Below, in pieces: positions 29,769-41,200 of a DNA stretch of 64,000 nt. Both the position numbers and the translations under genes were made by a program. Positions within the stretch are counted from its first letter, which is position 1; every line of letters begins with the position of its first letter. The notes under the pieces were generated by a model. The model did no database searches. It saw only the letters and a program-made list of their open reading frames with translations, and was not told the DNA's origin. Origin of the DNA: a phage; the sequence record PX853108.1; one strand, given 5' to 3'.

Positions 29769-30212
29769 ATGGATTTGTCATTCTTAACAGGCAACCAAAC
29801 CCCACAGCCAGCTGCTATGTCTTGGATGTCTAATAACAATCAGAACTTTAATACCCCGGCTATGAACTATAACCCTGGTGCAACTATTGGCATGGGTACG
29901 AATTTGGGTACATCTGCTTCTACTCCTTTCATGTCTGGCTCAGCTGGTCAATTGGGCATGAACGTACCTACCTTCCAACTAGGACTGGGTGCTCTTGGCT
30001 CATTAGCTAATATCTATAGTGGTTTCCAGGCTAATAAATTAGCTAAAGACCAGTTGAACTTTGCTAAGAGTGTTACTAACACTAACCTGAATAACCAGAT
30101 TAAGTCTTATAACACTGCACTGGAAGACCGTGCTCGTAGCCGTGCTGTTGCAGAGAACCGTGACCAATCCACTGCTGATGCTTATATTGCAGCTAATAAA
30201 TTAACCCGTTAA
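29769..30212 (+). CDS. virion protein, function unknown
   Basis: Track ORF starts at TTG 29748; first ATG at 29769 with RBS AGGAGA. Confidence 0.45.
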   Translation: MDLSFLTGNQTPQPAAMSWMSNNNQNFNTPAMNYNPGATIGMGTNLGTSASTPFMSGSAGQLGMNVPTFQLGLGALGSLANIYSGFQANKLAKDQLNFAKSVTNTNLNNQIKSYNTALEDRARSRAVAENRDQSTADAYIAANKLTR

Positions 30213-30224
30213 TAGGAAACCATC

Positions 30225-32180
30225 ATGGCTCAAATTACATGGCGTAATGTTGATGCACCTAACTTCTCTGGAGTTGGTGACAGCATTCGTACATTTGGCA
30301 ACATGATTGGTAACGCTACCTCCGGCTTAAGTGATGCACTGGGTAATTTCCAGAACGCTGCCAAGCAGGAGGCTGGCAATGCCGTCATGATGAATGCTAT
30401 GCGATACCAAGACCCTACTGAGTATCGTAATGCTTTGGCATCTGGTGCATTGTTTCAGGGGGTTGACCCTTCATTGGTAAGCCAGCGTACTCTTCAGAAT
30501 CTGGATGAGCGAGCAGGTACTCTTCTGACTCAGCAAGGTCAGCAGGGAACCAATGACTACAATGCTTATAATTTTGGTCGCTTAAAGGATGTTAACTCTG
30601 CATTAGATAATGCATCTCCAGCTATTCGTTTACTGTCTGAGGCTTATCAGTCTGGTGACCAGAACCGTATTAATGCTGCATTGGGTCAGACTCGTGATGC
30701 ATTATCTGCACTTCCTGCTGACCAACAACTGGATTTGTTGAGTCGTCTGCAAGGTCAAGGCGGTCAGGCTATTAACCAAGCACAGAACCGTTTTGATTTG
30801 GGAGTGGCTCAACGTAATGATGCTGATAGTCAGGCAGCTATGGGTGTAATGTCACAGATTACTCGTGGTGCTGAGAATGCTGACGATGCCCGTATTCTGG
30901 CAGAGTCTTATAGTAAGCATCTGTCTCCGGTTGCCCAGGCACGTTTACAGGAAATGCTTGCACGAGCATATCCGGGTGTTTACGGTAACAATGTTGGCGC
31001 TACATCTGCTCCTGGTACTGCTGGTACTCGTCAAGGTTCTCCTTACGATGTTACTTACCAATTTGCTGGTACATCTACTCCTATTACTCAGATGAGTATT
31101 GGTGATGTAATTAAGCACCAGGATAGTATGAAGACGAACCAGGGTGCTTCACCTGTTGGTGCATTCCAGATTAACCAAGCTACTCTACTAGACTTCGCTC
31201 CCAAAGTTCTCGGTTCAGATTGGCAAAGCCAGCCTCTTTCTCCAGAGAACCAGGATAAGATTGGTAAGGCTATCTTCGAGGCTCGTAAGAATGGTAACCT
31301 TAAAGATACCTGGGCTGCTTTACCTAACTCTACCCCAGGTGCTTATAAGGATATGACTTGGGAACAGATTAAGCCTGTTATTGCTCAAGCTGAGGTAGGG
31401 GCTGACCCACTGGCTATGATTCAGAATAATCAAGGTAATCAGGCAGTATCTACTCTGGCTACCGGTATGATTGGTACTCGTTCTATGGAGGACAATGCTG
31501 GAAGTATTGCTCCTGATTATTTACCTGCCTTAAATGACACCTCTACTGTTGGGGAGGTTGCTAATAGATTACTGGAGGGTGATTTTAAGGGGGCAGATAA
31601 AAAATGGGTTGTGGCTCGTATTAGTGATATCGCTCAACGTGCTAATGTATCCCCTGCTATGGCAGGTGTTGTTGTTCAACGTGCAATGACTAATGCACCA
31701 GAAAGTTATACAGGGCGTCTTATTGATTATCTAACCATAGGACAAACCCCAGAAGCCGGTAATGGCTTGCGTCTTAATGATGCTGCTGTAGACCAAATGG
31801 TTGAGGGGTTAAAACGTGGTGAACCCCTTGAAGCAAGTGTTCGTAACCTTGGTCGTGCTCAGGCTATGCAGAACATTCAGGCAGCACAGACTGCATATGA
31901 TGCTGCTGTAGCTGCACTGACAAATACCCAGAATAAGATTGCTACTGGGCAGACAGCACTCACTGCGTTACTTCCGTCACGACAGGAACAAGTGCGTAGA
32001 GCTGCTGAAATGCTTAAAAATGCACAAGGCCAAGTCCAGGCTGACCCACAAAACCTGGCTCCACGTAACTTTCGGTCACAGGCTTCCGTAGATCGAGAGG
32101 CTGAGAAAGAAAACCAGGAGCGTGCTATACGGTATATACGCCAAGCCCAGGGCATACCTGGGTATGTGAAAATGCCTTAA
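30225..32180 (+). CDS. large virion protein with Q/A-rich N-terminal half
   Basis: 651 aa ORF immediately upstream of vRNAP gene. Confidence 0.5.
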   Translation: MAQITWRNVDAPNFSGVGDSIRTFGNMIGNATSGLSDALGNFQNAAKQEAGNAVMMNAMRYQDPTEYRNALASGALFQGVDPSLVSQRTLQNLDERAGTLLTQQGQQGTNDYNAYNFGRLKDVNSALDNASPAIRLLSEAYQSGDQNRINAALGQTRDALSALPADQQLDLLSRLQGQGGQAINQAQNRFDLGVAQRNDADSQAAMGVMSQITRGAENADDARILAESYSKHLSPVAQARLQEMLARAYPGVYGNNVGATSAPGTAGTRQGSPYDVTYQFAGTSTPITQMSIGDVIKHQDSMKTNQGASPVGAFQINQATLLDFAPKVLGSDWQSQPLSPENQDKIGKAIFEARKNGNLKDTWAALPNSTPGAYKDMTWEQIKPVIAQAEVGADPLAMIQNNQGNQAVSTLATGMIGTRSMEDNAGSIAPDYLPALNDTSTVGEVANRLLEGDFKGADKKWVVARISDIAQRANVSPAMAGVVVQRAMTNAPESYTGRLIDYLTIGQTPEAGNGLRLNDAAVDQMVEGLKRGEPLEASVRNLGRAQAMQNIQAAQTAYDAAVAALTNTQNKIATGQTALTALLPSRQEQVRRAAEMLKNAQGQVQADPQNLAPRNFRSQASVDREAEKENQERAIRYIRQAQGIPGYVKMP

Positions 32181-32196
32181 AATACTTCATACTAAT

Positions 32197-32223
32197 AAAA
32201 GCCCTACGGGGCTTTTTTCTTTA
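32197..32223 (+). terminator. rho-independent terminator
   Basis: AAAGCCC-UACG-GGGCUUU followed by UUUUCUUU. Confidence 0.7.
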
Positions 32224-32283
32224 ACTGGCTTACTGTAGAGTAAGTTACCTATATACGATATAAGTTTGAATAGGAAACATGCT

Positions 32284-35200
32284 ATGTCAACATTTGACCG
32301 TCTGGCAGGTTTCGCAGACAGCATCACTAATGCTAAGCAAGTCGATGTCTCTACTGCAACCTCCCGGAAGCAAGCTGCACAGGGGCAAAGCCCTTTCCAA
32401 TTAACCCCAGATAATGCTTACAATCTACAGACTGGACGAGTAGGTAATCTTGGAATCGGTGCATACGAACCAGGTTCACTTCAGGCAGATTTCACTCAAG
32501 CCTCCCCCTTAGAAATCATTAATAAATATGGTAATGAGCAAGGTCTACAGATTCTTAATAGTCGAGCTAATGCTGCTGATGCTGTACGTCAGGACTTATC
32601 TAAACAACGTACTAACGCAGAAGCATTTGGCGATATCCTTTCTGGTGTTGGTCTTGGTGTTGCTAATACCCTTGGGGGCATTGCTGCTCTTGGCACAGGC
32701 TTGGTCAATGATAATGCCGGGGCATCCATTGCTTCCGGTCTTGACTGGTTGAATAAAGGTGTACACAACCTACAGTCCGATGCACTGAATGCTCGCCGTA
32801 ATGTAGTACAGAACCAGAACGTAATATCTGCACAGGAAAATGAGAAACTCTATAAGCAAGATATTGCTAAAGGAGAAAGCGAACTCGTTGCTTCCCTGTC
32901 TCGCATTGGTCGTGATGCTTACGATTCTGTTGCTAATACCCTGTCTAACGGCATGGCTGCTACTGATGGTATTGCTGAAGGTGTAGGTTCTCTGTTTACT
33001 GGTGGCCCATTAATCCGTGGTGTATCTGCACTCGGTAAGGTAATGGTAGGTGGAGATAAAGCTGTTAAGGGTATTACCTTAGCTGCTGAGTTAGGTTCAC
33101 GTCCTGCACGGATTGCACAGTCTGCTGGTCGTGTTGCTGCACCTGCTATAGCAATTGGTGGTATGGAAGCTGGTGGTGCATACCAACAGACTGCTAATGA
33201 AATTATGGAAATGCCATTCAGTGAACTGGCTGCTAAATCTCCAGTATACCAACAGCATATTAAAGATGGTTTATCTCCTGAAGAAGCACGTCGTCAGACT
33301 GCATCTGAAACAGGTATTACTGCTGCTGGCTTAACTGCTCCAGTTGCTGCTCTTACTGGTCCACTGGTATCCAAGTTTGAACTTAACCCACTCAAGGTAG
33401 GTTCACTGGCTGGTGCTGGTTCTAACATGCTGCGTGAGACTGTAGAAGAAGGTATCCAGTCTGGTACAAGTCAGTTCGCACAAAACACTGCAATCAAGGA
33501 AAATGTTGATGCATCTCGTGACATCCTCAAAGGTGTAGGCGAACAAACTGGTCTTGGTGCATTGTATGGCTTTGGTTCTGCTGGGGTTGCTCAAGCTCCT
33601 GGTGCAACTGTTAAGGCTGCTGGTGCTGCCGTTGGTCCTGCTGTACGTACTACCCTGGCTGGTGCTTCTTTGGCTGGTAAGGCACTAGCAAAAGTAGCCT
33701 CCCCTATTACTAACATCCTGGTTCAGCGTGGTGAAGAAGTAGCTAAACGTAACGAACAGGCATCTCCTGTATCTGATGCTACGGTTAATGCTGCTGCACA
33801 GGAAGCTACTGCTCAGGCAGAACAGGCCCAGGCAACCGTACAGGAAGCAGTAGATGCAATGGATATTTCTCCAGAAGAGAAAGCTGCTGCTACCCAGTAT
33901 GCTGCTGACTTAACTCAGGTAATGAAGTTTGATCCAGTAGAACTGGAACAAGCTAGCCCTACAGTCCGTGAAGCTGTTTCTGGTTCCACTAACCGTGTTG
34001 AAGCTATTCAGAAGATGGCTGACCTGGTTAATACTGCCGAAGACCCTAACGTTCAAATGGAAGCTGCAATCCAGATGTACGACAACATCATGTCTATGGA
34101 TAGCTTCATTAACCGTGACCCAGGTGCTCTGGCTAATCTGGAACAAGGCTCTCCTGCTGCTAATATCGTTGACCAATTCTCTGGCCTGATGGCTAACGTT
34201 CAGAATACACCGAAAGTACTTCGTGCATTCCGTGCTATTCATTCCATGATTCAGGAACAGGCAGAAGCAGGTAAACTGAAAGCTACTGAAGAAGCTAACC
34301 AAGCCCAGGCAAACAATATTGCCATGGCTGCTGATATGTCTCCAGAAGTACTGGATGCAGATTCAGTAAACATGGTTCTGAAACATGCAAGTGAAGGTAA
34401 GATTACACTGGGGAATCGTCAGCGTGCTGCCCTGCAATCTGCTGCTGCCTTGTTACAGGGTGCACGAGAATTTGACGCTAAAGCAGAAGAACTAGGCTTA
34501 CGTCCTCAAGACATTGTTAGTAAACAGATTAAAACCGACGAGTCTCGTTCTAATGAAGGCCAGTACTCTGCGTTGCAACATGCTAAACGCATTCGTTCTG
34601 CGTACAACTCTGGTAACTTCGATTTGGCTTCCGCTTATCTCGACGACTTTATGAAGTTCGCCCAGCACATGCAGAATAAGGTCGGAGCGTTGAATGAGCA
34701 TCTGATTTCTGGGAATGCGGATAAGAATAAGTCTGTCCATTATCAGGCTCTTACTCCCTCCCGTGAATGGGTACGTAGTCGTACTGGCCTCGGTGTCAAT
34801 CCGTATGATACCAAGTCTGTTAAGTTTGCCCAGCAAGTAGGACTGGAAGCCAAGACCGTAGCTGATATTGCTAACGCACTTGCTACGGCTTACCCGGAGC
34901 TTAATGTTTCTCATGTTAAGGTTACCCCATTGGATTCCCGTTTGGACAAGCCTGCTGCCCAAGTAGTTAAAGAGTTCCGTCAGGGCAATCTTGATGCTGC
35001 TCAATCCCAACAGACCAATGAACCAGTGAATCAGGTTGATGAATCTCCTGTTACAAAACAGGAACCAGTTACCCCTACTGTACAGACTAAACCCTCTGTT
35101 AGTGAAGCTGTTAAAACAGAACCTACTATTAAAGAGTCTAAACCACAGACTGCAAAAGAACCTGAGAACCAGTCTGAAAAACAGGATGCTGTTGAACAGC

Positions 35201-38200
35201 CTACTGAATCTGAAAGGGATGCTTATGTAAAAGAGAATACTATTTCTCAAGAAACTCTTAATAAGTATGGTGACCGTAGGGAGAGTCCTTGGCTATTTGC
35301 TGATGGTACTGTTGTTGGTTCCAATGGTGACCATATCAGCCTGTCTGATGTATTTGGTCATGATGGTTATCGTGACATGTCTTTGGATACTGGTGCTGTA
35401 CGTTCTACTTTCTACAAAGGAAGTGAGCAACCGTTCGTATCCCTGCAATTGTTTGATAATCAGAAGCTAACTGCTGAACAATTCAATACTGTTCAATCAT
35501 TCGTAGAAGCAAACAATGCACTGATTCAGATTGGTGTAGATACATCTGGGCTTAATACCAATAACGTTGAGAAAGAAGAAGTATCACTGGCTCAACTGAA
35601 AGCAGACTATACCGTTGGTGGTAAACCCCTATCTCAAATGGAAACAGTGTTCCCTGTCTATAACAATGAAAAGACATCGAACCAGTTCCTTAAAGCATTT
35701 TCTCTACCAGAGGAGCCTAAGTCTCGTACCATTGGTTCTGAATCTCCTTTGACTGATGTTAAGAAAGCACTGTCTTCTGCTGCCCGCTTTGAAGCATTCA
35801 CTCAAAAAGAAAATAACGCACTCACGAGTGATGTGATTAAGCGTTACCAGGATTTGTTTGATTTTGGTGAAACTTTGAAGACCACTCTGTCTGACCGTCT
35901 GGCTAAGTTCCTTGCTAACAAGAACGTTGGTAAACGTTTTGCAGAAGGTACTGAGGCTAACCGTTGGGTGGGTGGTAAGTTACTTAACATCGTAGAGAAA
36001 GATGGTGATACCTTTAAGTTCAACGACCAGTTGTTAGAGACTGCTGTACTTGCAGGTTTGCAATGGCGACTAACTGCTACACAGAATGCTGCTGTTAAAG
36101 ACATGAAAGACGTAGCTGCTATTACTGGTGTGGAAGCATCTCTGCTACCAGAAGGTATCCTCGCAGAGTTTGAGAATGCTCAAACCTTAGTAGAGGCTAC
36201 TAACTCACTGGCTCAGAAGATTGAATCCTATTGGGGGCTTAATCGTAATGCTGATGCACCATTGGGTTATACCAAGGGTATCCCAATGGCAATGGCTACA
36301 GAGATTCTGTCTTCTCTCATTGAGATGGGTGAAGTTAAAGAGTCCATGCTGGATGTGTCTGAGATTGACCCAGAATCTAATAAGACCGTTGGTTTGTATA
36401 CCATTGAGAAGTTAGATGATAACGATGCCATTAATAAATTCCCTACTGCTATTGAGGAAGCAGTCCTTCTAGAACCAGTAGAGAAATTGTACTTGGGTGA
36501 TGATATTCCTTCAGTGGCTCAAACTCAGTTACGTAACCCGGCTGTCAAGAATACCCCGGAACAGAAAGCTGCTCTTAAAGCAGAACAGGCTACTGAGTTC
36601 CGTGTACACATGCCCATGGTTAACTTCTATGAAGCATTGGGTCGTGACAACATTCTGGAATTGATGGGTGCTGGTGCTCTTAACCCAGAATTGCTGAATG
36701 TGAATACTGCTAAATCTCTGGAAGGTAAAAACCTGTCCGTGTCTATGGCATATGATTCCTTGTTTGGTGTTATCAATCAGATTAAGGAACAGGAGAATGG
36801 ACTGGATACACCTATTCACTATGGTTACAACATGACCCGTGTAGGTCGTATGCAGATGCTTGGTAAAAATAACCCACAATCCAGTAAGCTGGTCCGTGAA
36901 GCAATCTTACCAACCTTCTCTACCATCGACTTGAGCAATGAAAACAGTCAAACGTTCTCCGATTTCCAGTTAGGTCTGGCTCAGGCATTGGGCATCAAAG
37001 TTCATAAAATGTCTCGCGAAGTTATGTCAGATGAACTGACTAAAGCTCTGGAAGGTAAACTGAAACCTGCCGTTGATATGATGGTTGAGTTTGATAAGTC
37101 TGGACACTTACCTACTGATGCAGTGGATATTCTGAAGACCTCTTTGGGTAATGATAAATCATTTGTAGCTCTCATGGCTCTTATGGAATATGCCCGTTAC
37201 CTTAACAGTGATGACCGTGCCAACTTTAATACCCCACTGTACGTTGAAGCTGATGGTGTAACCAACGGACCAATCAACGCAATGGTATTAATGACTGGTG
37301 GTAAGTTCACCCCAGACTGGATTAAGAATACTGCTAAAGGTGGCTTGTTCTTCGGTAAAGCTGGCAAGACTATGAACGAGCATCATTCGCACGAGGACAG
37401 TGTTGACCTGTATGAAGCATCCACTAATGGTCTGCAACAAGCACTGAATGAATTACGTAGTACTTACCGTAACAACGTTCCTGTTATGAACCAGATGAAC
37501 CATCTCCAGAAATTAATGGACCTGTTCATTAAAGATTTCAATCTTAAGGAAGATGGTACTCTGGACCTGAAACGTGGTATTGCGAAAAACCCACTGACCA
37601 TTACCATTTATGGTTCTGGTGCTCGTGGTATTGCTGGCAAGATGGTTAGTGCAATTACTGATACCATCTACGAACGCTTCAGTGACGTTCTACAAGCTCG
37701 TGCTGCTGACCCTAGCATTTCACCAGCTATGGCTATGTTTGGTAAGGAGGCTGCGTCTGAGGCTGATGCTCAGGCTATGCTGGATACTTTCCTTACTTCT
37801 ATGGAAGCATTGACTGGCAATGTTCCGGTTATGCGTAAAGGTGAGTTGTCTATTCAGCAGGTAGAAGGTGCTCTGACCGGTAAATTAGACCCTCAGAAGT
37901 TTACTGTATCAGGCAATGCTCTGAAGAATTTACAAGAGAACATGCTTCACTTGTTCGTTGAACCAATGCGTACTGGTATCCGAAATACTGTTGGCGAAGG
38001 TTTGATGTACTCTACTGAGAATTTGCAGAAGGCTACCCAGATTCAGTCTCTGGTATTGCAGGATATGTTCCAACAGGCAGTACAGGCTAAGCTGGCAGAA
38101 AAAGAAAAAGACCCAACATGGAAGAAAGGTGATTTCTTAACACAGAAAGAACTGAATGAAATCCAGAATAGCTTAGCTCCACTGGCTCCAATGATTGAGA

Positions 38201-41200
38201 CTGGTTCACAGACTTTCTACATTGCTGGTAGTGAGAATACTGATGTTGCTAACCAAGTATTGGCTACTAACTTAGATGACCGTATGCGTGTACCAATGAG
38301 CATCTATGCTCCTTCACAGGCAGGCGTTGCAGGTATTCCGTTTATGACCATCGGTACTGGTGATGGCATGATGATGCAGACCCTTTCTACTATGAAAGGT
38401 GCTCCGAAGAATACCCTGAAAATCTTTGATGGTATGAACATTGGTATCAACGATATCACCGATGCAAGCCGTAAAGCTAATGAGGCTGTATATACTTCCT
38501 GGCAGGGTAACCCTATCAAGAATGTTTATGATTCCTTTGCTAAGTTCATGAAGAATGTAGACTTCAGTAAACTGTCTGATGAAACCAAACAGGCTATCGC
38601 TAAGTCTGCTCTGGAGTATGACCAGCGTGAGGGTGCTACCGATGACCTGTTACGTGTTGGTGCTGAACAGATTGAACGTAACCTGCGTAACATTGCTTTG
38701 GGTGTAGATATTCGTCACAAGGTAATGGACCAGGTACAGGTCACCGTTGACCAGATGGCTGCTGTTGGTGCTCCTTACGTGAACAACGGTAAAATCTCTC
38801 TGGAAGGTCTGACTGTAGACCAGCAAGTAGCTAAGCTGAACGAACTGTTTGATGCTGAATTAAACAAACGTCGTGATGCAGTTCGTGCTGCTAAAGCAGA
38901 ACCAGTGAAAGAAGTACCGGCTATGGAGAAGGTTGGTCGTGTACTGAAGTCTGGTGTACGTCTGTTGTCTAATACTGCCATTACTAAGCTGGCTAAAGAG
39001 ATGTCTCCTGAACAGCAAGCAGTATTGAAAGAAATACAGAAATCCCTCGCTGCTAAAGACTATAAGGTTGTTTACGGTACACCTGCTCAACTGGATGCTT
39101 ATGCTATTGAGAAGAATATTACTCGCCCAGCACCGGAAGATATTGAAGCTGCTGAAGCTGGTAATGCATATGGCTGGACTAACTTTGAAGATAAGACCAT
39201 CTACTTAGTTACCCCTTCCTTAGAGACTCTGGTTCATGAATTGGTACATGCTACTACTTTTGAATCTGTACTGGCTCATTATGAGGGTACTCCTAATGAA
39301 GCAGTACAGAATATTGAAGACCTGATGAACCAGTTCCTTACTCTGGATGTTAAGGATGAATCTCCGGCTGTACGTGAAGCGTATGCCGATGCACTGAATA
39401 CCATTAATGGTCATTTGTCTAATGGCTTCATTGAACCCGCAATGGCTAAAGCTGCTGCATTGAACGAGTACATGGCTTGGGGTTTAACCAACCGTGAACT
39501 GATTAGCAAGCAGAAGAAAACTACTGCACTTAAAACTATGGTTCAGGCTGTATATGAAGCAATCAAACGTCTGGTATTTGGACGTAAGAAAGCTCCAGCT
39601 AATGCAGATGATATGTTCTCTGGCTTACTGTTTAACTCTGCTGTAGTAATGCGTGGGCAAGCTCCTACTGCTGCTGTAGCTAAAGACACTACTCTGTTCC
39701 ATAACAAAGCATATGGTGACAATACTCGTCTGGAAGAGTTAGGTAAGACCTTTGATAAACTGATTACTGACTACATTGGTTCAGAACCAGTACAGCAAGT
39801 AATTCGTAAAGGTAAATTCTCTGATGCAGTAGTGAATGCAACTAAAGTAACCCGTGATGTTCAGGCTCATGGCTTCACCATGAATATGCAGGAACAACGC
39901 CTCTTCACTAACATTGTTGCTGCATTGGCTACTGAGGCTGCTATTAACCCTGCTGCTCTTGCTCGTGCACAGGAATACTACACGCATGTTACTAAAAACC
40001 TGACTGTTGAAGCATTTATGGCTGACCCTGATAGTACTAACCCTGCTGACCGTTATTATGCACAGCAGAAGTTCGATACTATCATGGGTGCTAACAACAT
40101 TGAGTTTGATGCACAAGGTCGTTCTTCCTTACTGCCTACCTTTGTTGGTCTGGCTATGGTAAGTGAAGAAGTACGTAAGGTTCTGGCTGATATTCCTGTT
40201 ATGAAAGCAGATAAGAAATCAGGCAATACTGTTGACGCAATGCTGACTAACATTGGTACTGCTGCAATGGCTAGCCTGAATGCTCGTGTAGCAGGTGATA
40301 CTAAAGCCACTAACGTACAGGAAGGTATGGATGCACTGGCTCAGACAATCATGCAGACCAGTCTTAATGCAGAATCCTTCTATGATTCCGTTGCTACCCC
40401 TACTGGTAATGCTATCGACCGTGCTAACCAGTATCTGGTGGATTCTATTGATGTACTGTCTACCCGTGCTTTGGAAGGTGCTCGTGAAGTTGCAGCTAAT
40501 ACCAAGAACCCGTTGGTTAAAGGTGCTGCTCATGCTGCACAATTGGTAGCTGCTATTGCTACAGAGAAGAATGGTGCAATCGTAGCCGAAGGTGTTATGG
40601 CTGCAATGAACCAGGGTAAAGTATGGCAACCCTTCCATGACCTGGTTAATGACATAATCGGACGTACTAAGAGCAATGCTTCTGTATACGATTTGATTAA
40701 AGCAGTTCGTGCACAGGTACAGGCTGACCGTCAACAGTTCCGTGAACACTTGCCTACCACTATCGCATCCAAGTTCAGCCGTAAGCTGACTAATGATGAG
40801 TGGAAAGCAATGCATACAGGTATGGGTAAAACTGACTTAGCTGTTCTGCGTGACACTATGTCTCTGGATGAAATCCGTGACCTGCTGTCTGACCAAAAGA
40901 TTGTTGACCGTGAGGTTAATAAACTGGAAGCAGATTTGCAGAAACAAGCAGGACGTAACTGGCCTCTGATTAGTCGTAAATCTAAGCAACTGGCTCAGTA
41001 CATGATTAATGGTACGGTTGGTAATAACCTGTTGCGTAATGCTACTGCAATTTCTCGTTTACTGGGTGAACGTAAGACTACACGTTCTGTTGTAGATGTA
41101 GCTCAACTGGATAAACTCATTACCCTGTATGCACTGGAAGCAATGAATAAAACTGACCGTGAGATGTTATCTTCACTGGCTCAGACAGAAATTGAAGGTA

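Noticed and set aside
34498-35250. 250-aa antisense ORF inside the vRNAP gene (also 40219-40815, 36529-36879, 33910-34302)
   Set aside because: Fully embedded antisense to a well-supported coding frame; low-complexity translation; no RBS context. Treated as frame artefacts.
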